64,000 nt of DNA from the NCBI GenBank assembly GCA_976226885.1, contig OZ320317.1:43400001-43464000 (forward strand), read 5' to 3'. The notes beneath the pieces are model-generated. The model had not been told where the DNA came from, searched no databases, and saw only the letters and a program-made list of their open reading frames with translations. Positions 38,700 through 50,300 of the stretch are shown here, in pieces. Source of the stretch: Iphione sp. A-MEVVRFRX5. Taxonomy: Eukaryota. The first letter of the stretch is position 1. Every line of letters begins with the position of its first letter. The position numbers were made by a program, and so were the translations under genes.

Positions 38700-41285
38700 A
38701 ACTCACCATTAACCTCACTGTGTACCTAAGATTAGAAGTCCTTTCAGGGCTGGTCCAAAATCACTTTCACTGTCTGGTCCAAAATCACAATTGTGGCCAA
38801 AGGTTGTCTGGTGTAAAATTGTCTGTCCGAAATTATCAGACACTTTGCAGTACAGCCAAGATGAATCATAGGCACAATCGACCTGTTAGTGTTACTATAG
38901 GCCATTTCAGACGAGCCCATAATACCAAGACCTCAGACGAAAAAAAAAGTACTTCCGGTGCCTACACCTCCATACAGAGTGTTGAACAAAGCCATGAAAG
39001 TAATTAAAATCACCCTGCTAAAATTTCTTTCTTTGTGTACATTCACAGAACAGGGATATAGTACTATTCACTCAAGTTTTTAAGTGTATATGATGCGTAG
39101 ATATTTAACTATCACACAAAATGTGGCTTAGACGGGGGATAGCCTCAGTTTCACCCTACGTTTGTTTTGTTTTTGTTTTGACGGGTTGTGGTGGGTGATA
39201 TTAGAACTCTGCCTTTGAGCTATTCAAAAATTATGAATTGTTCTATAAACACCATATTTGCAGCAAAGGAGTGCTAATATGTCTTTTCTATGTCACTAAA
39301 AGGATTTTATTATCCATGAAGGATTTAAGTAGTTTATAGTTGTTTAGGAAGACATTCTTATGGTCGCCTCGGCGACTTCCGGTCATGTTTTTTACCTGCT
39401 GGAGGTGCAAACAACTTGTCAAAACCTTAGTTACCCCTAAAAATGGAATTGTCTTCTCTAAGTACACATGCTGTTGTGCTTTCTGTCTATGTCTAACCTA
39501 TTTTCTAGGTGTATTTTTACTATAGGATGGTTCAATTATGTTTTGTTAGAAGTTTTACAAAGTGAGTGATAATAGGGTGGTTTGCTATCCTTAAGCTTGC
39601 TTAAAAAACTGATCAATACTTCATGAAATATTTTATTAACATACAAATGCAAATATGTATAAATAATTAACATATAGTTCTATAATTCTGTGCATTGCTA
39701 AATCTTTAGACAACATATTAAATGAGTTCTAACCTTTGAAACTAAACTGCTATGTATTGCTGCTAGGGGTTGTTTGCACTTCCAAGATGGTTGCCAGGTG
39801 TGCACACTAGCTCCCTCTATAAAATTTGTAACCACTGCGACTGTGTCAATTCTTATGGTCGCCTCGGCCATTTCCGGTTGTATTTTTTACATACAGGAGG
39901 TGCAAACAACTTGTCAAAACCTTAGTAACAGAAAAAGATGGAATTGTCTTCCCGAAATAGACATGCTGCTGTGCTTTTGTGTGTATCTAAGTTATTTCCC
40001 AAGAGTAATTATTATCATAACAGAGTTTATTTATGTTTTGTTAGAGGTTTTACAAAGGGAGTGATAATAGGGTAGTTTGCTATCCTTAAGCTTGCTTAAA
40101 AAACTCATCAGTACTACATGAAGTGTTTATTTTAGATGCTAATGCAAATGTGTATTTAAAGTCAGCATATGCTTCTATAATTCTGTGAACTAACACATTT
40201 TTAGACAGTATATTTAATGAGTTCTGGCATTTAAAACTAAACTGCTATGTATTGTTGCTAGGGGTTGTTTGCACTCCCAAGATAGTTGCCAGGTCAGCAC
40301 AGTAGCTCCCCCTATAAACGTTGTAACTACTGCGACTGTGTCAATAGTCCACCTTCCAAAAACAGGCTCATTTCCAAGCCATCGCTCTTATGAAAGAAAC
40401 ATTTCATATACTTTTTATTTTGTTTAAAGTTTTCTTCTGCAGTAAAGTAGCATGTGTGCCAAAGCATTTTTCTCAGAGTGAAATATTAACTACAGTCCAA
40501 GCACTAGAATTACATATGTTGAAGAGGACGTATGCATTTCTCCCATACCCCGCTGTATTATGGGATTGTCTGAAACACTCTATTTATTACAGTAATCAAG
40601 TACCAAAGATTGGAATTCTTCATGTACTCCTATTATCGCTCACACTGCTAGAAGCACTCACCTGTTTACTTTTCACAAGCAGAAAATAATATACATATAT
40701 ATTTATATGGGATACAGTGCAGTTTAGTTTTAGGTGGCATGAAATACCTTATTCACTTGACATATATAGGTATATGATAATATATAGGACTAAGGTAGGG
40801 TTAATGTTAGTGTGACTGTTAGGATTACTTAAGTTAAGATAGCAATTAAGATTGTCATCATTAATGTTGAAAACAATGCAAAATGGAGGGATCTACCCCT
40901 ATAAACTTATGGACTTCATCTAACGTCTCACATCAAAGACACCAACCGTTTAACTGCACTAGCTCCTTCATATGTTCTAATAAAAACAATATAAGCTGAC
41001 ACTAAATGAAGTTATGAAGCCAAAGAGAAAAAAATATCTGGAACTGAGACTGAAAATCCTTTTTTTATCCAAATATCGATGTCAAATACAAAAAGTTACT
41101 CTAGTAATCACCTGCATTGACACGATATTAAATATCTTCAAAAAAATTATGTATAAACAACCCACCTCTTCTTGGAGAACGACTACGACTTCTACTCCTT
41201 CCCATTTTATCGTTTACGCTACGACTCTGCAGCACCCGGATCTCATTCTTCACTACAGGAGGTAAGCAAGTGTCATTAAAACAGC
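38700..41285. promoter_or_regulatory. Divergent promoter region of SNRNP27 and WDR12
   Basis: ETS-type ACTTCCGG at 38951-38958 and 39375-39382, ATTTCCGG at 39870-39877. Strong minus-strand donor G|GTGAGT at 38706-38701 is a candidate end of the SNRNP27 non-coding first exon. TSS positions are inferred. Confidence 0.45.
39355..40344 (+). repeat. Head-to-tail duplication of a 495 bp unit
   Basis: Copies 39355-39849 and 39850-40344 both start TTCTTATGGTCGCCTCGGC and end ACTGCGACTGTGTCAA; roughly 80 percent identical by eye. Confidence 0.92.
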
Positions 41286-41344
41286 ATGGCTTCCGGCGAA
41301 GATGTCCCTCATGTTCAGGCCAAATTTTTCACTCGACAAGATCA
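41286..41344 (+). CDS. WDR12: WDR12 exon 1 ([20 protein letters not shown])
   Basis: ATG at 41286; donor CA|GTAAGT. Confidence 0.88.
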
Positions 41345-44300
41345 GTAAGTTCTTGAATATGCTAAGCTGTCATTCCTTTATACTAGAAAAAGTAAGTAAT
41401 TCATGAAAATGACCACTGCTCTCAAGTTTCAACTGTCTTTGTAACATATGCATGATATGGGCGATAATACAAGAACCGGTCATACATAAGCTTCAAACTA
41501 ATCGATGCAGTTACAAGGAATTATATAGTCTGCACGAGGAGTCGATTTCACCCAGACACTTTCACCAATCCCATTTTATTTTCACGCATCCCTTACACAG
41601 TGGTGCACAACTGGAAATATTTAAGTAGAGTCTAGTTATGGTCAGATTCACCATCGATCTGTCAACCAACCCCTCGTCAATTTCACCAAGTACACATGAA
41701 TAAGTAAAAAAGGGGATAATGGAATTCATGGTTAACAGAGTGAAAAGGGGTTCGGTTACATATAATACTAATTTCAATTTAGATCAAACGTGAGTGAGTG
41801 ATATCAACTTCAAAGTAGGTAAAATCATCCAGGTGAAAAAGACTGTGGGTGAAATTGACTGTCTACTGATTTGAATTACCAATGTTTCGCCCTCAAACCA
41901 TTTTGTCCTTACCAGTTCGCCCTCAGTATGTTTCGCCCTCACCCATACAGACCCTAGTGAATGAACAACAATTCTAGTCAGGGTCCCCACTGCACAGGGA
42001 AAACAGGGAAAATGGCCAAAAAAATTCCCTGTACGGGAAAACACAGGGAATTCGAAAATTTGGGACAATCACAGAGAAAACATAGGGGAAAAAATTCTGA
42101 AAATCAATTTTAAAAAATGTTTTGCCTTTAAGGTAAGGTCAACATCATTAGTTAGAAAATTATCCATATGTAATCAAATAGTAAGAAATATTTTATGGCA
42201 GTCAGAAAGATTAACTGCTTCTATTTTCTCTTGGCTTTCTGACAGCATGATGACCTGTTCATGCTGGAGTGAGTCTAAATTATAGAATTGAGAATATAAA
42301 ATAATTTATAGTTCACAATCCTGTACCTGACACTGGATTTTATAACTTATAATACAAAAAGGATACACATTACAAGCTAGAGAACAACAAACATGAATTA
42401 TAATTTGATAATTAAAAGCCGTCATGTCAAGTTGTACAGAAACCAACACAGGGAAAACTGCCATGGCACAGGGAAAACTCAGGGAAAACACAGGGAACTT
42501 GAAAATGAAATTTGAGTGGGGACCCTGTCTAGTGTATGGTATGATTTAGCCTACAATTTGTATTAAATGATTAATAGCTATGTTTATTAGTTTCGACAGA
42601 CCCAGTGACTATAAGCTGTACATGTCTCCCCGACCATCTCCATTCATCCCTGGCTGCCTCCTAACATCCCCTGCCTATGGCCGCCTATATTGCGATTGAC
42701 TTTTCATAAAATTTCTCTCAAAAATAATCAATGTAATAAGCACAGACCTTAGAGTATCGTCTTCCTTATACTCTCAGCTTTGAATGCATCAAAAATGGAC
42801 TTTTGTTGATGAAACAGTGGCTATGTTCCTGAGAACTACCTGTCAGTACACATGTCAGGATTACATGTACTTCCAATTACCTTCACCTTTGTGAGACTGT
42901 AAATAAGGGAGGCTGCAAGAAGAAATACACTCGTAATTATCGTTTTCTGTACTTTGAAGCAATTAACCAATGGAATTAAAAGTCCTTACTGGTGAGGAAA
43001 CATAATTTGTAAGGATGAGGATGACATGACTTGAGGACGAATTGGATTGAGGATGAACCGGTGTGGATGAACTGGTTTGAGGATGAAACGCCAATATCCC
43101 TACTGATTTCATCCAACTCAAAGGTTGATAGTCACGATGTCTGCTGGTCGCCATGTCCAGTGGTGTAGTTGCCATGTCCTGATTTATAGTCACCATGTCC
43201 GGCCATGTAGTCAACATGTACTGAACATTACATTTACTGAGGAATAATGTCCCGCATCCTGCATGGACTTAAAGGTGACAGCATATGTGTGCTGCGTGAA
43301 TCAACTTGTATTCCTTTTTTCAGCACACTTCGAAGAACCATGTGCGAATATTTATGCTTTTGATCTACTCCCACCTACTTAACTGGTTATGGCACAGCAC
43401 GGTACAGTGCATAGATTATTGTGCATACTGTCTCAGGTCATTGCAACAGGAGGACATAGTTACATTAAACAGACTAGGGTTAGGGTCACTGATAGGTGTG
43501 AAGGTCACGCTTGCCCAGAAAGTAGTGCCACCAGTGGTCGATTTCATCCATGGCCAGTTTTCACTCTGACAGTTCCTGGGCTGTAGGGTCATGCTAAGAC
43601 AAAAAGAGACGGCACCCTCGATACGAGTACCAGTCAGGGGGCAAGTTAATCCCTGCTGGAGTGGGGACTGGAGGTGCCGTCCCTGCACACGATGATGAGG
43701 GCCCTGTAGGACTTGAGCCCTTTCTTTCTCGTAGGTACACAGGTGTCTTCTATCCTGAACTCGTGGTGCTGGCGATGATAACGAACCACTGGCCTTACTT
43801 TTGGGCTGACCCTCAGGGATATGGAGCCCTTGGCGCTGCTCCTGTCTGGCGCTGTCGGGTGCTGTACATAGGTGATGAGGCAACCCTGCCTTTCCCAGGA
43901 GTGGGTTTGTGGCCATCCCACCAAGCCACCAGAATGTTTCTCAGAAGAACTCTCCAAAACCTTAGTGGATTTATCCATGGTTCAACTTCCAGTGCGCCGG
44001 CATGAATAGCTCGGGGCAGGGGACTGGCCCTCATCTGAATCCATCCCCTTGGGGGTCCAGTTTTTTCTGCCCGGTACAGGACAGCAAATCCCTATGGCAG
44101 GCCACCTCCTCCTGTTTCCACCATCGGGCCAGCTTGGATTGACATTCATCTGGGCATTTCACCACCACTCCACGGGTGGGCTTAAACCATGAGAAGGCAC
44201 AGGAACTCTACATTGGTAATTTACAAGTGGCGTTTCAACCCGTGCAGGCATGGCAAGTGGCATTTCTATTCTGCCCTCCTCTTGAACGCCTGTTTTTGAC

Positions 44301-47300
44301 AGTCTGGTACAGGGCAAATCCACCTGAAACCCATGTTACGGTAAGCTTTGTCCACATGGTGAATCAGGTTTGCCTTCTGCTTGAAGCCGGTGGGGCAGAA
44401 TTCGCAAATGAAGGGTTGATGGGCCCTGGCCGAGGAGGTGGTGGGCTGTGCTGGGGCTGGCACTGGAGCTGGGGCCGGGGGCGGTGCCCCCTCTCCAGGC
44501 AGGGATGGGTCTGGCTGGGACATGCTGGCTATATGGTGGCAGTGGGCATAGTGTTTGCTATGGCGGCATGCACCCAGATGGCTGGCAGTATAGCATGTGC
44601 TGCACCAGCACACCAGGTAATGGGTAAAGGTCGTAGTGTGTTGTGCAGTGGGTGACTTGGGTGCTGGTACACGTTTCAGGTGCCTCAGTGTTCCTCCTGT
44701 GATCATAGATACAGAATCCACATCAATATGGCGCAGCGGCAAGCAAGATGTGCACCCTATGCACAATGCTATCGGGCAATTCAGATCTCTGACCCAATTC
44801 GTGTGTGTATCTGCCTCTCCCCTATCACCACCCACCCAGATGAGGTTTTGAGCCACTGCTGTGGTTCCTACCTGCTTCGCGCTGCGAAGATCGCGTGTCT
44901 GGCGGAGCTATGACATGAGCTGCATGCTGCGTTGTGGTTGGCTGTGATGGTGATGTTCATTTTTCGGACAGCATGCCAATTCTCTCTCATTTGTACCACT
45001 CCCTGTCTGCTGGCATTGGTCTCTGCTGTAGGTAGCGCCCTCTGCAGTGGCCCCTGTGTTTCGCATGTTGATTGCTGCTGAACCCCACGAGGTCGTACCC
45101 TGGGCTTTTGACTTGTGGTTTTCCCACTGCAGCAGAAGCCAGCCATCACTTTTTTATTTCTGCCATGGCCATCCAGCTCCTGCTTGGTGTGGACCACTCT
45201 GTGAATGCCGCAGTGGCATAGTCCAGGCTGGGGGCCATGGCGGAAACAAGCGCTCTGCATGTGACATCAGGCTTTTATGGCTTTGAGTTTGCTCCTCCGC
45301 AGCTCTTGATTTCGGAACAGTCTTCTAGCTACACTAGCAGCTTCAGTTTTGAAGGCGACAATGAGGCTTCCTGCGTGGCCCACGATGACTCTGAAGTAGG
45401 TGTATCATATTGGTCTATGGCATGCAAGACTGGTACTCTATGTAGTGACAGTTCTGTGGCAGGGATAGCTAAACTTCACTTTGGGGACTTCATCTTTGGT
45501 CTGGAAGAACTGCTCATAGCATGTGATCGGTTGCTCTGTACTCTCTACATGAAGTAGAGAGACAGTCGCTACAGTGTCCACCAGCCACTCAGTGGGGACT
45601 CCTCCATTAGTGCTAGAGACAACCAGAGCCTTAGCCCCTGGGTCCATTCGTCCCAACAATTCGTAGAAGCACCCAGGGCCTTCCTCACACTCTACGGCCT
45701 CCTCCAGGGGTTCCAATTGCTATGGAAGTTCCACCCGCTCAGTACTCCTGTGCAGGCAGATTCATGTTTCCCATATCCATGTTCTTCAGTTGTGGGCATT
45801 CTCAGCAGAAGGGCCCCTCTTAGTGGCAATGGAAGCAGACAGACTTCTTCTGCCTCCACTTCTTGGCCCTTGTTGACAGCTGCTACAAGACCTTTTGGAT
45901 CAGCTCCTCCACCTGGCTGTCCAGGGCTGGGGTCTCCCTGGCCCCCACTGTCCTGGCAATGGTGACACCATGCTCCTCTCCCATGGCGGCCCAGCCGACC
46001 GCATGCACCTTTTTTGGGTCAGAATGCTCCTCTTTACCTTTGTAGTATACCTCCTCCATCAGTGCCTGGGAGAGGGCTCCCTAAAAGCTAGTGGTGTCCA
46101 CTATGGACAGCTACTTTCTGATCTTCTTGTTGCCCAGGGTGTGATGGAAGGCATCATGATACAGCTGGTCTCCTGGTAGCCTCAGGGTAGGCTTGTCTCA
46201 CAAGCCATTCAGTGTTCTCAGCCAAGGTGTTTAGGTCTTTCTGTGGCTTCTGCCAGTGGTTCATCAGTTGGCTTCAGAATAGCAACATCTGGTCTGCCAG
46301 TTGGAACCGCTGCCTCAAGGCTTTCAGAAAGTACTTGTAATCCTTGGGAGCTGTATTTTTTATACTAGCATTCCTCATCACCAGTTGGGCTGAGCCCTGC
46401 AAGCTCACCCCCAGCTGCACTGCCTTCTCTAGGGTGGTTCACCCATTGGCCTGACCCGCCAGGGCAAACTGGTGTTTGTAATCAGCCCATGGCATACTTC
46501 CATCATAGGTCTCTGGTGTCATGTGGGTAGATAGTTTGTATGTGAGCTGCTTGAAGATGGCTGCCAGCTGCTTGGCACCACTCCTCAACCTCTGCTTCTG
46601 GGGGGACTGCCATGCTGTACCCATGTAACACAGTACTAATTGTGATAGAGAATGTGATATTAGCAATAATATTTTCGAAGTACTGATGTAATGTAAAGTG
46701 TATAGTTATATGTTACCAACTAAAGCCTTGTACAATTATTTACCTGCACAAACAAAATTTTTGCCAAGTACATGTATGTTCTTAGAATCAGCTACATGTA
46801 AAACATTGTAACATCTTGTTTCATGGTGTCATGCGGCATGTGAACAAAGTAACTCTTGTTGTCTTCATCTTAGGAGGTACCCTGGATACTGGGCATTGTG
46901 ATGTTACTCTTTGTAAAACAATTGACAACTATTGTTTGAGCTACTTTGATTAATGGTGATATTTGTGCGCAGTGTTTGTCATAAGGTATGAGTATATATA
47001 GAGAGTTGCTCCAACCCTCTCATCGGATTCGCCACTTGCCATGCTGTATGCTGTGAAGAAGACTAAAGGCTGTGATTGAACCTACCTTTGTGGTGTAGAC
47101 TTTGTTGTTACACCATCAGAATCCACACCCTCAGACTCCTTGTGAGAAGAGCCCCCTGCACTGTCATCTGCATCTCCTGATGTTCAGCAGGGTAAGCAAC
47201 CTCTGTGAGGTGGTGAGTGGCCTCCACACCCTCCTCCCCCAGGGACTCCATGCCCCCAAGTTCTTCCCTGGACAGATCGACTCTGGGTGCCTAGGCACTG

Positions 47301-50300
47301 CAGGACGGTGGAGTGGTTGCCATGGTTTCCTTGATTAAGTTGACAGTAGTACCATGTGTAGCAGGAGTTTCATCAGACATACCACCGGTGCCACCAGTGT
47401 TACATGTACTCTGTGGAAGCATTGATAAATAAGGTCCAAAAGTAAATTTGGTTTTGATGTTTATTTAACAAAGGCTCACAAACAACTGACAACAACAACA
47501 ACAACAAAAACTCGGCTTTATTTATAGTCAACACCCCACCTCCAAAGTACTGGGGGAACTCTGTGGATATAATCTTGTGTAGTGTACTCATTGATGTTAG
47601 GAGTGTACTTCTGTAATCAAGGTCTATTCCTACAGTATAATGAAGGAAGAATATACACTAAATGATAAGTAAAGCGTCACCCCAAGATATTTATAATATA
47701 CAGTACACTCTCTCCATTCCGGACACCCCCGGTTCTGGCCCAAACCGTCCGCATTTGAGACGCGTCTGCATTGGAGATCGGAGGGGGGGGGGTCAAGCTA
47801 CTCTTTGATGGGTGTTGGGAGGTTCGCAGGCCCCCATGAGCTGTAATTTAGCGTCAAGGTGAGAAAAACTTTTGGGTCTGGGATGGAAGCAATATCCCTC
47901 TCTCTCTAGTAACATGTGTATACTCTCTGAAACGTCCAAAAAGTGCTGAATTTGATGACTTTAAGTCCAAAAAGTGCTGAATTTGATGACTAAAAGTCCA
48001 AAAAGTGCTGAATTTGATGACTAATAGAGGTGTGAGATACAGTCCCTCCAGGGTGTAAGAGACATCAGAGAGGTCGCCATTGACACTCCATACCTCCCCC
48101 ACCTCCCTCTCCAGGGTGTGAGAGACATCAGAGAGGTCGCCATTGATGCCCAAGGTGATGTTCAAGGTGTGAATTTGCATTTCAAGGTGTGAATTCGCAC
48201 AAAAACATGTACAGAGGCATCTGGGAGGCCCCAAATTCGCTAATCACCCTTTGAAAATGACTTCTAAAAGTGGTATAGGAGGTGTCCACAGGGAGGCATG
48301 TCTAAGCTTTTGCCGTCCGCTTTTGAGAGGTCAGCTTATTGTCCCCCGCCTCATAGAGGGGGGGACATTAGGAATGCTGCCAGCTGGTGTCCCGACCATC
48401 CGTCACACTCTTGTGGGTCTTATAAGTCTTAAACCCTTCACTAAAAAAAACTGATTTTAATATATGATATTGGTATATATGGCCCCATGGCACTGGGTAA
48501 TTTTGGTAGTAATTCAAATATTTTGAAGGTGAAATTATGCCAATTTTACTCTTTTCCTAACACACCTACAAACATACATACCTGGTCCAGGGGTTCCTAG
48601 GTCTGACAATGCACATACATACACACTCAGTGCTCAGTCATGCAGAACTGAGGGTTTGTAGCAGTCTGGTGCTCAGTGAGGCAGAACCGAGGGGGCTGTG
48701 CCCGGTGAGGCAGAACCAAGAGTTGTAAACCTGAAGGACTTAAACAAGTCTAGCCAACTACCCCCAAAACAAGCTGCCAATCAAGGTGGTTNNNNNNNNN
48801 NNNNNNNNNNNNNNNNNNNNNNNNNNNNNNNNNNNNNNNNNNNNNNNNNNNNNNNNNNNNNNNNNNNNNNNNNNNNNNNNNNNNNNNNNNNNNNNNNNNN
48901 NNNNNNNNNNNNNNNNNNNNNNNNNNNNNNGATGTTGATGGCGGGGGACAATAGACCTCACAGGTCCACACTCTTGTAATAGGAAACAATAGGAAATCAT
49001 TTCGTTCTGTGTCAAATTGTCCGCATTGGAGACGTGTCCGCTTCCGAGACGCGTCCGCAGGCAGGGAGTGAACTGTAGTATGCTTAAACCTGCTGTAAAG
49101 TTGTACATGTTAATATGCATAATTAGGTAGCCTACATAGCAGCATGCAGATGTATATTTGTGTTATGTTAATACCTGTAATTGCGGAGCACACACAGTAT
49201 CATGTGGATATATCTTTTGCGGATGTTATAGGAGTATAAAAAAGATGTCCTCCGTGCATTGCACATCTGTGTTACTAGTGTCGTTAATAGGGTTGGATCT
49301 TCACTTCGTGTGTGAGTTATTGCAGTCAGCGTAACAATATATTGAATAAACACAAATGAAACGACACATACCTGCCAATTTTAAAACTTAGTGTGAATCA
49401 TAATTTGGAACAGCTATATGTTTGTAACTTTATTGTCAAGCTTAATTTTCATGTAATCGTTTCCCTGCAGGTACTCGGTTCCAGACGACCCATTCTCTGT
49501 TCCTGCGACAGTGGGCATCTCTGAGCTCAGTTCTCTCATCAACTCCCTCCTCTTCCCAGGTAGGCTTCCTGCGTATTGAGATTTAATTAAAGGCAGAGCC
49601 AATGATAGATATGGACGACGAAAAAATAATAATTCATATACGTATTGATGACGGTGTGTTTACAGTTTTTTCTTTTTACCATTTACCTGGTGTACGTTAC
49701 GTTACCTACACTAGAGGAGATATCTTTCTTCGTATCTTAACCTTTTGGCATTGCAGACTCAAAATTAATTTGGTCTATATCAGTGCATGTATAACAGCTC
49801 AAATAAGAGGGTTCTGTTCTCTTTAGATAGCAGCGGTGAGACCAACGTGTCCTTTGACTTTCTGATTGATGGCGAGTTCCTGCGAGTACCTCTCCATGAT
49901 CACATTGAGCAACACAACATATCTACGGTAAAAATATAAATACTTGTTTTTGCTAACATTGCCCACTGAAACAGTCATTCAGAAATACTGCAGACTCTCC
50001 CCCTTGCGACCATGCCTAGGAACTGATCGTGCCCCAAATGCAGCCAGCGTAGTAGAGAATAGACCATGTTATGGCCGCCTCAAAAGGAGAGTGTTCTCAA
50101 CCAACTGATGTCATCCACAAGTGTAAAATTAATGAATATGTGTAACACAGGCCTACTCACACAAAAAAAGCCTCTTTTGTGATGCGCTCGGGAGATTTAT
50201 CAACATGCTTGGACATGTTTATGAATAACACAGCCAAGATGATTGGCAGGCCAGCAAAGCGAACAACGCTGGGATACATCCTCACGAAGGAAAGATTGTC

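Larger units (their letters stand above)
43500..47634 (-). mobile_element. Decayed non-autonomous Ty3/Gypsy-derived LTR element: LTR, PBS, gag, zinc knuckle, protease, C2H2 zinc-finger ORF; no RT/RNase H/integrase seen
   Basis: LTR-like segment 47398 to about 47634 (TATAAATA, AATAAA, ends TGTAACA); PBS at 47396-47379; gag [25 protein letters not shown]...[12 protein letters not shown]...RQAYPEA; degenerate CCHC knuckle (CFHCHxEGPFCxECP); protease [12 protein letters not shown]; then a Pro-rich C2H2 ORF at 44266-44856. The 3' boundary is uncertain. Confidence 0.85.

Noticed and set aside
41261-41284. GTAAGC...ACAG just before the WDR12 ATG, looking like an intron
   Set aside because: Only about 23 nt, too short for a spliceosomal intron; treated as 5' UTR or promoter sequence.
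43476-43490. TAGGGTTAGGG telomere-like motif
   Set aside because: Only two units, expected by chance.
42800-43600. 3' LTR of the Gypsy-derived element
   Set aside because: Only short chance matches (TTACATGTACT, GTGCCACCAGTG) to the 5' LTR region; no extended identity and no polypurine tract.
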